A stretch of DNA of 64,000 nt from Folioceros fuciformis (taxonomy: Eukaryota): the NCBI GenBank assembly GCA_049999805.1, contig JBNGIO010006294.1:315115-379114 (forward strand), written 5' to 3'. This document shows, one piece after another, positions 11,923 to 25,149 of the stretch; the stretch's first letter is position 1, and every line of letters begins with the position of its first letter. Both the position numbers and the translations under genes were made by a program. Under the pieces are notes generated by a model. It ran no database searches. It saw only the letters and a list, made by a program, of their open reading frames with translations, and was not told where the DNA came from.

Positions 11923-14715
11923 TTAAGAACCTGCTATAGCCAGGAGACTCCCGCGAATAATAGGTATGGTACAGATTACAGAACAGAAAATGCCTGTGAG
12001 TGCGTAAGCTATAGCACAAAAAGGCAAGGCTTCAGGCTCCTTCGCGGACAGGGCTGCCGTTCCCAGACCGTGGGCGCTGATAACACGAACGAAAGTCATT
12101 AGTCATGACACCAGGCAGAAGCAGTTGTGGCAACGTGGATGATAACAAACCATTACCTGGAAGCTGTTGCCATTCCTCTGGAGATGGGGTCATTCAGTCC
12201 CAACTTATCCATCAGCGCTTGTGAGAAATTTGCACCAATCAGACCCGTCAACACTACACAAGCTGCCACCAATGACGTGTTTGTAGCTGCAGAGGAGCGA
12301 AATTGGGTGTTAGTCGCCCTCTTGGACTAGGGAGCTTAGTGATAGATTATCATGCCACGCTCAGCTACTTGGCCTCACTCTCACCTTCCAGGAGGTTGGC
12401 AATAGGGAGGGCTAAAGCCACAGTTACTGATCTTGGTATGAGGGCAGCTGTGAAGGATTTTTCCAGCCCCAGTAAACGGCCAACCGCTGCTGTTGCGTAC
12501 AAAGCATACAGTGAAGAGGCCGCCACCGTTGTGAATATCTCAGCTGCATGGCGCTGAACAAGCTGCACAATCCGTCCACCGTCCAAAATTGGGTTCACAC
12601 ACATCCAAATCGTGACCACAATTCTGCGATCATCTGAAGTCATTGAACACCTCACCTTTCTTTGCTTATACATCGAGAACGCGAAAGAGAGGATAACTGA
12701 TCCCAGGAATCCCATGAGAACATCTCCTGCTCCTGGCTTCCCAGGCACTTTCGTCAAATATGCTCCTGCCATTAATGAAGCACAGATTATGCTAGAATAG
12801 AGGCACTTACTCTTGAAGACATTAAAGTTGCCGACAAATTAAATTTGCAAATGGATAGGCGGCAAACACATACCCAGAGCTGTCTCGAACCCCAAGCCAG
12901 TGGCAGCACCGAGTAAGTAAGCGGCTAAATCTGCAGAGGCAGCGCATACAATGATCGGGTGAAACACCTTTCTGAAATCTGCAGGAAGACTGCACACGCA
13001 AACACATAAACACACACGCCCACGTTTGCGACTTACTAACCACAGTAGACCATAATTGCTCAATCTAGAAAACTAAGCCCAAATCCCTTGGCCCAAACAA
13101 AGATAAATCCACACCTGGATCCAAGCATGTAGCCGACAGCTGTTGCTGAGATTAGGAAAGGCATTGCTGTGAGGGACAATGCTCCCAGCGCTGTGGGCGA
13201 CGAAACAGCAAATGCGAAGGACATGAGGAGCGCAGAAGCCCAAACTTTCAGTTCTAGGGGCGAAAAGGGGGCTGGTTTTGAGGTGGGTTCGGCAGGCTTA
13301 AGTTCAGTCTTGACTATGCGCCTCACAGTAACGGCGGTATAGCCTGCGACCGCTAGGGTTGTCGCCCATCCTCCCACTGCGCACACACGCATGTAACTCA
13401 ATTCAACCTCCGACCAATGCTGCTGCCACATGAACTGGCCGTTAGGAGGTCATGACAACAAGTAGCACGCAATAATACTAGTGTCATACATACCAAGAAT
13501 GATAGCACATTTGGCGCCCTCAGACGCAGGTATGCCCTTAACCGCCAGAGGAATCATGACCAATGAAGGAACGTAGAACAAGGGGAGCCACCGTTGGATG
13601 AAAGTGTTTGCAGGTTGGAAGAAGGAAACTATGCTTGAAGCGGCTGAGGGTCTGACGAGCCCAATGAGGCTCAAGAATACGAAGAGGCAAAACATCCCAA
13701 ACAGCGCACTGGGAAACCGAATGCTGGCTGAGGCGAACCCCTCTTTCAAAGCCTTATCCAGACCGATAAATATCCCCAATGACACAAGGAGGTGGACAAC
13801 ATCCTGGGCCTGTGCAGAACCACAAATGAGAAGCAATTACAAAGCACATTCAGGAACAGGAGAGGGAAGCCAACAGTGACAGGACACAGCTGTAGCCACA
13901 GCCCAGCGGTCATCACGGTCATCTCAATCTGCCCTTGCTCCTCGACCAATCTATCCGATAGTGCCGTCTGCCCAGCCCATACAGTACCTCCCCTTGCTCC
14001 TCGACCAATCTATCCGATAGTGCCGTCCCCTACAGTACCCGCCTGACATACATAATCCAAATAGCACATCTCGGGAAAAACACTATATCGATCGCTGGTA
14101 CACAAGTGTTCATGCTACGTCTACCCCATCCCCACCATCCATATCCCACAGGAGAAGAGGACATGTGCATCCTCTTGACCACTTTACTGCAGATGCTATC
14201 CAGCCTACCGTGTAGCCAGAACCCAACTCTGCGACCCTGTACTGTACCCAGCCACACCTCTAACGAAAATGCCTTCACTCACACAGACACGCATGGAGCC
14301 AAGAGACGCACGAGACGAGGCACACCTTGCGGACGAGCCCATGCCCTCCGGCAGCATCTCTAACCGAGGCCTGGGTCTTCAGCATGGCTCCCCTCCTCTC
14401 CCGAGCCATGTCCAGAGGAAGCAGCAACCCAGCAGCCGGGAGCACTCCTCCTCCTTCTCCTCCTCCACCCTTGAACCATGAACTGCATCGAAGGCCACCA
14501 CGCGCCACCTCAGTATTGCCACCAAGACCCTGACCTTTACTGCCGATCGTGATCCTTTTCTGCGCCCGCAGTGAGCCGCTACCTCTAACCTCCACCACCC
14601 CACTCCTCGCCCGCCAGTGCCAGGCCCCCTCTGCAAACACCCGCTCCCGGCATTTCTCCCGGCCCGGCACTTTTCCAGGCCGCGGCTGCCAGAGAGAGGC
14701 GCAGGCCATAGCCAT
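11923..14715 (-). CDS. PLGG1: Plastid glycolate/glycerate translocator (LrgA/LrgB-family membrane protein), multi-exon
   Basis: Transit-peptide-like N-terminus, then FPSALFGMFC, FIQRWLPLFYVPSLV, GGWATTLAVAGYTA, FHPIIVCAASAD, GAGDVLMGFLGSVILSFAFSMYKQRK, PRSVTVALALPI and HGLGTAALSAKEPEALPFCAIAYALTGIF. GT-AG introns, stop TAA at 11923-11925. Confidence 0.93.
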
Positions 14716-15228
14716 CCTTTCCTCGAGCCGAGGCCTGCAGCCTCTCCCGGCCGGATCCTAGCACAGAGCTTCACCACGGCGTCAGATCACGCGTATCAAA
14801 AATCGTCTCGGCCAGCTTCAACAATCTAAGGTCGTGAAATGTGGATCACCTAAAGGCCAGGAATCCGATCATGCTGCAGGAGAAGAGTCTGGAGGCTAAT
14901 TCCCTCCTTCCTTGCTCCGGCAGCCCGGGCCGATGCTGTCGCTGATGCCCTCTCTGACAGACTCCGCTAATTTTGACACATTAATCCGCCCGCTTTGTCG
15001 TTCTTGGGAATAACAAATAAAGGTAAATTACTCGCCCTCGGATGCGATCCATCCACGGCAGCGTCGGCCGTAACGTGGCCGCTCCTGGTTTGGGACCTGG
15101 GCCATCCACAATCCACACCGCTCTTTCGGTCACTCCGCTCGACCTCTAAGAGCTTCAAGCTTCCTTCCTTCCCTACGGATTGGAAGTGTGCGTCGTGGAC
15201 ATCTGGCATACTCCGCACAGCTGTGACA

Positions 15229-17130
15229 ATGTCGGCCTACGAGGGAAAGTTTGCTGGTGAGCGCAGTGGGGGAATTTGCGGGACCGATCTGGTGTTGTTC
15301 TCGTCGATGTCGGTGTTGAGGTTGTTCTGGCTGGTAGTTTTGTTGTTGTTGCTGCTACTTTTTGATTTGCTTTTTCTTGACGGTGGCTTTGTGCGTGGTT
15401 GGGATCCGGTTGCTTCGAGGTTTGTAGCTTGCTGGCTTGTTTCTTGGGGCGGAAATTCGGCGCGGACACCGCCTGGTGTATTCTGAAATTTGACATTCGG
15501 AAGGAGCATGCAATTGCTTCGAGTATCTGGAGTTTGAAAAATTCATTGCTGGCCGTGTTTGATTTCCGTTGCGGTTGCCTTTTACCCCCCGGTTACTTCT
15601 GCTGAGCAGAGGCTTGCTTTCTGGTGCGTGTCTTGTGTGGATTATTGGATTGTGGCTCACTCTGCGCTTTCGGTAGATTGGCTTGCTGTGCTGCCTTAGG
15701 TTTATTTGTCAGGCTGCGGTGTTTGTAGGGTTAACTCACCATGTGCTGAGGATTTCCAGGGTATTATTAGCTTGTGCGTTGTTTGGTTAAATGTTTGCCA
15801 TGGAGAAGCAGGCTTTTTGCGGTTGACTGCGTCTCGCCGCGCGGCGACCACTTTGTCTTGCGGATAGGCTAGAAGTGCTCGGGCCATCCTGGTGCGACGG
15901 GGTTCGCACTGTGACGACCTGGGCCTGCTTTTCTGACGGTGTTTACGTCATTTTTGGTGACGTGTGGATGACTTGTTCGTTTTCGTCCTTTGCTGTCTGC
16001 CTCCGCTGGTACTGTAGTCGGCAGGGTGAGTTTGGTCCTGTCACTACCCGAATGCTGACTGCCGGGGTTTTCCTTTTGTAGAGGAGCTCATCAAAACTGC
16101 CCGCTACATTGCCACTCCTGGCAAAGGTATTTTGGCTGCTGACGAGTCTACTGGGACAATCGGAAAGAGGCTTGCAAGTATCGGTGTGGAGAACGTGGAG
16201 CCTAATAGGCAGGCACTTAGACAGCTGCTGTTCACAGCACCTGACGCGCTTCAGTATTTGAGTGGAGTGATCCTCTTTGAGGAGACTCTATACCAGAAGT
16301 CCACCGATGGTGTCCCTTTTGTTGATATCCTGACCAAGGGTGGAGTGATCCCGGGCATCAAGGTGGACAAGGGTGTAGTCGAGTTGGCTGGTACGAACGG
16401 GGAAACCACCACCCAGGGGCATGATGGACTTGCTGAACGCGCAGCCAAGTACTACCAGGCTGGTGCAAGGTTTGCAAAGTGGAGAGCTGTTTTGAAGATT
16501 GGACCGAATGAGCCGTCAGAGCTGAGCATTCAGCAGAATGCTCAGGGTCTTGCTCGCTACGCAATCATCTGTCAGGAGAATGGTCTGGTTCCGATTGTGG
16601 AGCCTGAGATCCTTGTTGATGGGCCGCATGACATCCAGAAGTGCCAGGAGGTGACTGAGCGGGTGCTGGCTGCTACTTACAAGGCTCTGAATGATCAGCA
16701 TGTGCTGCTCGAGGGCTCTCTGCTGAAGCCAAACATGGTGCTGCCTGGCTCAGAAGCGAAGAAGGTTCCCCCAGAGGTTGCAGCAAAGGCCACGGTCACA
16801 GCTTTGCAGAGGACCGTGCCGCCTGCTGTTCCTGGCATTGTGTTCCTCTCTGGTGGGCAGAGTGAGCAGGAGGCCACCCTCCACTTGAACGCCATGAACA
16901 AGTTCGACACCATCAAGCCATGGACGTTGTCCTTCTCCTTCGGACGCGCGCTGCAGCAGAGCACCTTGAAGACTTGGGCTGGGAAGCCGGAGAATATCCC
17001 AGCCGCACAAAAGGCATTCCTTGCGAGAGCGAAGGCCAACGCGGAAGCAACATTGGGCAAGTACGTCGGAGATGAGGAAGTGGTGGCGGGCTCAGCGGAT
17101 TCTCTGCATGTGAAGTCATACGTGTATTGA
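15229..17130 (+). CDS. FBA: Class I fructose-bisphosphate aldolase, cytosolic type. Exons 15229-15256 and 16082-17130
   Basis: A 28-bp first exon (MSAYEGKFA) splices to [23 protein letters not shown]. Also [10 protein letters not shown], catalytic [16 protein letters not shown] and C-terminal Tyr. No transit peptide. Confidence 0.97.
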
Positions 17131-18044
17131 AGAGACAGTCCAGACTTGTATTTCGCAGTCTTTGAAGCATGTCGGAGAGTTTTGTAGGCTCTTGAAGAAG
17201 ATGTTGGAGGTCTCCTAAATTATACACATCGCTGAATTCAGCCGGAGATACCCTCATCTTTCTCCGGAGATTTGCAATAGATACGTTTTTCCCAGACATC
17301 TGCTCTATCCAAATGAAAAAGTTTTCTTCCCACGTAGAGTACAGATCGTTACAGATGGGGAACGTGTACGACAGCCTCAGTTGCAATTGCATTTGTCATG
17401 AGAGTAAAACGTATGTTAGATGTTTGGACACAAGGTTGGGTTGTAGATGAACATGGATGGTTGTTGATGTGTACTACCATTCCTTCCATCGTGTCACATG
17501 TTGGTGCAGCGTTTTGGGCAATTAAAGTTGTTGTGTGCTGAAGGACACCTGGTCATGAATATGCAAACTCTTTTCACCAACTATCGAACAAAACAAATTC
17601 AAAAAAATTTTCCATTTCGCCGCACTGTCTTACATGTTCCATTGTTGTATACATCGTTTCCTTCAATTATTTCCGCTCCTTGATAATAGAATTGTTTACA
17701 TGTTAGCACTTAAGACAATGCAACATTTTTTCTCTGCCAAAAGGCTACCTACTTAAAGGTCAGTTGTGTTGCCCAGAGCATTTGCTCGTATCAATGTATC
17801 CCTTTCTTCTAATTCCTGAGAGTTCTTATCAGGTTTTACGAAAAAATTCACAATTTGACTACGTGCAGCTCAATGTTGAAACACTTCCTCTCCTTCACCA
17901 CGTTGACAGAGTCACGACGTTTCCTGCTTGCAGACAGTGGTAGAAGTTGGAGTATAACAGCTTGGCGCGCATGCATTTGTCCACATCCATCTTCCCGAGG
18001 AGACAGCAAGAATTAGCGTACAAAAGAGACGAGATTCATCTTCC

Positions 18045-20011
18045 TTAATGCCCTTGAAGTGTGCTGTCTTCCATGTAGCCCAGCTTTCCGACTTCCCACG
18101 TCTGCTTCGAACAAACTCGCTCGTGCCGGGGAACATATTCCTGTGTACGGGCGTAGGTCAGTGTGAAACCTTCAGTAAAAATGAAAAACCTAAGGTCGAA
18201 GAGAAGACATCCATAACCACCTAGTCGCTAGCATGGAAATGGAACGGCTGCACGTACCTCCATTTTCTCGATGAGTTCTCTCGGAGTCGGGGCAGAAACA
18301 ACGATTTGTCTGCCGGTGGATTTGAGGAATCCTTCCTCCACAGCTTTGTCGAACAGCGACAGTAAAGCGTCGTAGTAGCCGTCCACGTTCAGAAGACCCA
18401 CCTGCAGACGCGGGTCCGTTTTAAGGTAAGGAAGCGTTCCGGGACTGATCACTGCCCATCTCGAAAACTGCGGTAGACAAGGTCAAAGTAACACAGAATC
18501 GTTGTCCGATGCGCACCGGTTTGTCATGAATTCCGAGCTGAGACCACGTGATCATCTCTAGTAATTCCTCAAATGTTCCATAACCACCTGCCAATGAGCC
18601 ACAAAGATCTGTAAGCCCAACGGACGACAGGTTGTTCGGGCTTCCCACTGCGAGGGCGACACACTTGGCTCACTCGGGTTCACTCACCTGGCATAGCAAT
18701 GAAGGCATCTGCCTGCTTTGCCATCTCAGCCTTCCTGGTATGCATGTCTGTGACAGCTCTCAATTCACCGACCGTGTGTCCAGAGATCTGAAATGTACAT
18801 TGCCCGCGACATGTTAGGTCGCTGGTAATGTCCACTGGGAACAGTCTGGAGGCGCGCGAACATGAGAGAGAAATTACAAACCTCCTTGCGCATGAGAGGC
18901 GTCGGGATAACCCTGCTCACAGTACACGGCAGAACAGCGCACAAGAGTGAGGACCAATCGTAAGCGGATGCGCTGGAACAGTGCAGGATGCGTCAAGGAC
19001 GAAACTGTGATCTGGCAACTGTGATCACGCTGGTTCGGACGTACCCTATCACATGTCGACCGCCGTCGTGCACAGTCTGCGATATCAGTCCCATTAGACC
19101 CACATTTCCGCCTCCGTAAACAAGGTCGATGCCTCTAGAAACCTGCAATTATGGCGACAGGCCACTCAGGACTGCAGGTACCCTCGCCCACGTTCTCAAG
19201 GCTTACAATGTACCAGGACCGCATTGAACCCAGGCACAAGACACATCCCGTGCATGCACATGGCGCCCTGCATCCGTGCACTTCAGGCATCGCCCGACCT
19301 ACCGCTCAGTGAAACCCTAGTCAAGTCAAGTTATCCTACACGACACTAGAGAAAAGAATCGAAACTCAACAAATAAAAAATCCTAACGCTCCAAAAGGCG
19401 TGTTCCAATGGTACTCACGGGTGCTAGGGAAACACGCGGAATGAAAGCTAAAGATAACGGATCAAATACAGGCTGTGACGGGGGCCAGGCAACTCCCAGC
19501 CAGGATAGTGCTATCTGGCAGCTCACTGACGTACAATCCAATGAACGAGCGGGGAGCCCCGGGTATACAACCAGGCACAAGCGTCACAGCCATACCCCGC
19601 ATCGATCATAGCTAGCCCCTCCACTCCCAGCATCACAACACCACTACAAGACATGCCATGTGGCTGCAAATTGCCAGCACTGTGACGCAACCAGAAATTC
19701 AAAAACCCTAAGATCGAACAGGACAATCCTCTTCGGATGCCACAGGTATCCAGCACTGAGTCCAATACACCATAACGTCAGCCTGGACAAGAACGAAGCC
19801 GCTTCGAAGACCTCTTCCCACGACGCAAGCACAGAACCAGGTACCGACTGAAGTTGGACTGGAGGTGGCCAGGACGGTAGAGAGAAGAAGCACGCACCAA
19901 TTCCTTCCCGAGCTGCGATGCAGCGTCGCTGTACTGGCTCTTGCCGCTGCATGCTCCACAGAACACACACACCCGCTTGAATTTGGAGTTCCTCACCTCC
20001 GACATCGTCAT
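18045..20011 (-). CDS. LOG: Cytokinin riboside 5'-monophosphate phosphoribohydrolase (LONELY GUY), 7 exons
   Basis: Exons give [95 protein letters not shown] and EYVPRHE. PGGxGTxxE motif present. Start is Met 20011 or 20005. Confidence 0.95.
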
Positions 20012-20676
20012 CTCACCAAAATTGGCCAGAAGTCCGTCTGCCCGAACGGACCACGCACTTCCCTCCCCCAAATTCTACCCAATCTGCCTATCCTACCACG
20101 AATCCGATCGGAGCGGAGGCTCTTCCGATCCCTCCCTTCCCCGACCTACTGAGTCAAATCTGCACCGTCTTGCTGCACCCTCGAAGACTGTGGAGCACAA
20201 GGCAAGTGAATCCTTGCACAAGACAAAACCTCGCACCCTTCCCGATCAACTCCGCGAGGGTGAACAGCCGGGGGCTTCTGATGCTTTCCTTTCCTTTCAG
20301 AATTCTTTTCAGACCAACGTTTTTTTTCCCTCTCTTCTCTGGTCTCCTCCTCTCTCCTCTCCACACCCCTCCCCTGGCCTGCACTTCCCTTCCCTGGCCT
20401 GCCTCACAGCCTGCCTGAGAGCATCTGTTCAGAGAGGCTTCCCCTTCCCGCAGCGCAGCCACGAGGTGGTATGAACCAGCAACGACAGTCCGCCCCTGGT
20501 GCGTAGCGCGCCAAGGATGGAAGACGTCTCGAAGCAGCAGCACGACTTGCGAATCGCGAGCTGTCGAGAGGGAGCCGAGTAGGGGCGAAGAAGTGCAAGC
20601 TGGAAGGGCGGCAAGAGACAGCCGGGGCCAGGCAAGTAGAAGAGAAGGATCGCGAATGACTGAGTCGGAGGCGTCC

Positions 20677-20686
20677 GTTTATAAAG
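20677..20686 (-). promoter_or_regulatory. Candidate TATA box of LOG
   Basis: CTTTATAAAC on the minus strand in a GC-rich context, followed by a CT-rich leader towards the LOG start codon. Confidence 0.4.
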
Positions 20687-22441
20687 GGAGAGCTTCCTGT
20701 GCCGCCGCCGCCGCTGCTGTGGCCGAGCTTTTTTAGCTACGCTTGTGGCGCCGGCGGGCTCGCTACGTAGACTGTAGCACAGCGTTAATGGCGTCATCAA
20801 GCATTGCTTCTCGATCCAAGCAAGCAAGCTCAAGTTGCAAGCACAAGGCCTTTGAGTCGCAGAACCAAGGCTTGATTCGCGTTTCAAACCGCCACACAGC
20901 AGCGCTGCCAGCTGGGTGCGGCTGCCTGTGCCATGTCGCCACCGTCAGATGGCGCGGGCGTCGACGTGGCCAACCATCTGGCGCCCGTCCAAGGGCACGT
21001 CGGCGAAACGCCGTACAATCGCCGGTTCCGCCGGGCGCAACGGGCACAAGCCTGTACTCGGATCCACCACCTCCGTAGACTCCTCCGCGTTGAAGGGACG
21101 GAGGGACGGACGCACAACGTATGGGCGCCCCCACACCACATCCATGTGAGCCGTCGCATCATGCCTCATCCACTCACATGGGCCTTGCCCGATCCACCCC
21201 GACATTGACCGCGGTCGCCATCATCACATGCGCACTCAAGCCCCGCCATGGCCCATGACCATGCCTCATGCCCATGCCCCATCAACCTCCAACTTTCCTC
21301 GCCTTTTCGCCGCCTGTACTGGGCGAAACGCAAGCTATGCTTGTTTTCGACAATCGAAGCAACGGAATTTATCACGCCATGTGGACAGCATGACCCGTAC
21401 AGGCCTCAACCGCACAGTGACATCCATAGCCCAACTGCCCACCTTAAGCTTAAGCTTAAGCCCCCCTTCCGGTACATACATACAGTAATGCTCACAAGGC
21501 TAAGTATGGTTAGTGGAGACGAGGTTAGGGTTCAGTGTCCAACCCCGTAGGGTTTAGTGTTCAGGGTCTAGAAGCATACAGTACATGAGAACCCAATGGC
21601 TCCGGTGGTGAAGATGGTGAACGCAGCTAACTTGGGGCAGGAGGTGGGTGGTGTGGTTGTCGGGGAGGTGGCTGTTTGGGTGATGTCGACAACACTGTAC
21701 GTTCCTGAGCAGACAGAGGTATTATGATGCTAAGTACATACACACAGGTGTGTACATATACTGGTGTGTGTTCCATCTGCGGCTTCACAATTCCGAAAAT
21801 AGCGACCACGACGAAGCATGTAGTGCAGGGCCAGCCATGGGGATGGGCAGGAAATGCGACGAAAAATGGGAAGGAAATTGGGAAATTGGGTCCACGTTTT
21901 TGATATGCTTGCCGGTAGAGGAGCCAAGGAGCCTGGGATGGCAGGAATAGAATACTGCAGCTAAGTGGAAAGTGAGGCCTGCCGTGATATGGGCCGGAAA
22001 CAATCCCCGGTGGGTCCCGGATCCTGGGAATGGCCCGCTCAACCCGCCCAGTCTGCACAGCTCGCCCTGTCCGTCCAGCATATGCGATGTATGTATGGTA
22101 TGCCATTTGAGGAAAGCCGCTTTTTCTGTCAGTGCGAGGTGAAAAGGGTAAGGATAATGGGGTCGACTCTTGGGACGGCGTGCACGCCCGCAACCAGCTC
22201 CAATGGGGACTCAGATTCCGTTCCAATTTTCGTTAATTCCTGTTTCACCACATCCACTCCAAAGCCTGGCGATGGAGAGTCCACGTAGCCGCCTTTGACT
22301 CGGGTCGTATCAGGTGTTCGATCAATCGACTCGCGGCCCTAGGTGCGCAACAAAAATCAGCAGCAAACACAATCAGTTTTCAGCAACAAAGCACCTCCTG
22401 CAAGAAAGGTCTTCAAAAAATTTAAAGTGAGAATGCAGGGA

Positions 22442-22585
22442 CCCAATCCCAATCCCTTTCGTATCAATGTGCGTACACAGTGTTCAAACCCAATCCGGAC
22501 CTCTTTCGTATCTGTTATGCACATACACAGTGTTCAATCCCAACCCCGATCTCTTTCATATCTATTCACATACACAGTCTTCAAC
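22442..22585. repeat. ~47-bp imperfect tandem repeat x3
   Basis: CCCAA(T/C)CC...CTTTC(G/A)TATC...TACACAGT(G/C)TTCAA occurs three times. Confidence 0.75.
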
Positions 22586-23664
22586 TGAACAACGAATGTA
22601 GCAGGAAAGACAATGTGATTCCACTAGCAAGCAGTATGTGAAGGTGGGTGGCGTGGGATTGCCTTGCCAAGCACTGAAGCAGGATGAAGTCTCCTTCTCC
22701 GCTTGTCAGATGAACTATGTGCCCCAACAAGGGGCATATTATGTATGTAAGGGTTGGGGACAGATAGGCTCCTCAAGAGCAGTTCCCAAGGGCCAAGGCC
22801 AAGTACAGGAGCATGCAGCTTGACGTGCCACTGCCCAACACTGTGTGTCCAGATGTACATCCCTGATACACGGTACGGGTTTGGCAGTACCAACAGTCAT
22901 GACACGCTCGCCTGTGAGGTGAGGTTGGGCTGCCGCTACCTTCCGTTTACTGCCTTCTTACTTTCCTGCACAATGCCACCACGTGCGCATCCTACCCCCA
23001 ATGTCATGGACCATGGATTAAGTAGCAAACACGTCTGTAAACCACTACTCTCCTTCCCCAGACTACATGGCACGGCACGTAATTGAAAAGCACCAACGCT
23101 GTCATGAATTGAAGACGATTCCTACCACGGCACGCTGCTCTCCTCCCACCCATCCAGCATGGCATGGCAGGCAATTGAAGAGCAAAAACGCACCTAGATT
23201 GTACACATAAATGTCTGTCTGCACCGCACCCTTGTTTCCCTCTACAATTTCAGCTTGGCATGCCTGGTACAGTAGTTGAACAGCAACAACGCTCATAGAT
23301 TGTCGACTATCCACCCTGCTGGCCTCCCACGGCTGCCAAGTGCCATCAACAAAATGCCAACCCTGGTGGACTACTACAAAGATTCCTCTTCTGCCATTAC
23401 TAGGGTCTCATCAACATGGCAAGTAAGTAAATAGCAATCACGCATGTAGACTGGAGACAACGCACCACCTTGATTTCGTCTCCTAGTACGAACATTTCGG
23501 AGGCAAAATAGATATGCATGTACCTCCAAAATGCTTAAATTGGATATCCTCATGAGGTTGTAGCAGGCCCAGTGCGGCACTTCATCAGCCTTGGGTTTGT
23601 TTGGGTTGGCATCTTCCGCTCTGTCCGTGGCTGCAGGGAAGGATCTCTTGATGGAGGGCGTAGA

Positions 23665-23764
23665 NNNNNNNNNNNNNNNNNNNNNNNNNNNNNNNNNNNN
23701 NNNNNNNNNNNNNNNNNNNNNNNNNNNNNNNNNNNNNNNNNNNNNNNNNNNNNNNNNNNNNNNN
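23665..23764. other. Assembly gap (100 N)
   Basis: Run of N. Confidence 0.99.
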
Positions 23765-25149
23765 CGCTTCCCCCACAATGCCCCGGGCCCCGGCTCTGGG
23801 CCCTCACGCTCATCAGCTAGGAGCTGGCAAAGCTACTAGCTATCCTGAGTCAGCGTTCCGCAGGAAGGCAACAAACATGGCCCTTTCATCGGGTGGCGCA
23901 ACGCCATTAATGCATCCACAGTAGTGCACGATGCGGCGTCCCCATTGGACCACACTGGATGGACGCAGAAATAAAGGAGCGCTCCACATTTGGGGCCATC
24001 CGGCGAAACCGGCGAACCTGCTCACACAGCGCGCAAGGGCGCAGGTCACAGTCGAGGACAGGAGGCAAGCGCGCTTTCCTCGAAGACTGCGCCTCGGGGT
24101 CGGGGAAGGACTGTCACTGACACAAAGGCAAAGCGTAGGGTTTTGCGTTCGCAAACCTGATGATACTGTACACACATGTGAAAAAGAGCTCATGTGGTAG
24201 CAGAAATGAGGGCATCTCGCTCGCTCACCAGTTTCGCCTTCGTCCTACCTAGCTTCAACGAGAATCCCGTTCCCGCAAAAGCTGAGCAGATCGAAGGTGA
24301 GATCCTGGAGCGCACGCCGGCGCTTGAATTGATTAGAAAATAGGCGCGGACAGAGGAGTCACCAAAAAAAGCTTGATCGACGCGCGCGAGCATTTCAGGA
24401 AAAGCGCATTGCAATCAATTTCAACGTTGATCTCCTTACCGAAAGCAATGCAATGGAAAGGAAGGCATGTGTGAGACTGCTTTGCCTGGTTTCTCCGATT
24501 TGTTGCTTTGGATGCCTCCAAGACGAGAATCCGATCTCGCCTGCCAATTCCTTCTCTCTGCCTCTGGATGAGCCGCGCCCCGGTCCTCTGATGAATTCCT
24601 TCTTTACACACAACCAGCAAGCAGAGTCCGACTTGTATGTTGCTCAAGTGTGCGTGCACCAGTCCTGTTCCTCTGTTTCTCTGGCTGGCAGACATGCACC
24701 AGCAAGAGCCTGCCAAGAATGCACCGTCTGATCATGCCGTCAGCATGCAGATCACGCTGTGAAGATTTTTTTTGCTTTGTTTTGTGTTGTTTAGCTTTCT
24801 TTCGTCCTTGGCATGCAGCAGCAGCATATGTACCTGCGTACCAGGTACACCTCGCCTAGGGCATTGTCCCGTTCTCTTGTGAGTGGCAAATTGAATTCTC
24901 AGTGTGTTCCCTACCATCCAGCAATTTAGAGGCAAGCACAGAGCCCACGAGAGCAGCAATCCACCGCCACACCACATCTGATTTCCAGCTAAGAAACGGC
25001 CTCGCAACAACCGGCACCGGTGCCAGACACAGGTCTTTGTTTAAAGGCCGGAATCGTAAACAAATCCCTGCCCGATTCTCTCTCCGGGCCCGGTGATGCG
25101 ATACAGTACTCATGAATGAGTACTCATGAATGACCTTCAAGCCCCTTTC

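Noticed and set aside
6524..20011. GH3 plus LOG as a phytohormone gene cluster
   Set aside because: They act in different pathways and are separated by two unrelated housekeeping genes. Proximity is expected by chance in a compact genome.
21520..21560. Telomere-like TTAGGG/TAGGGTTT motifs
   Set aside because: Only one or two isolated units. At most a telo-box, not an interstitial telomere array.
20700..25100. Many short GC-rich ORFs upstream of LOG
   Set aside because: No recognisable motifs or consistent splice structure, and the region is interrupted by a gap. Not called as genes, though a gene cannot be excluded.
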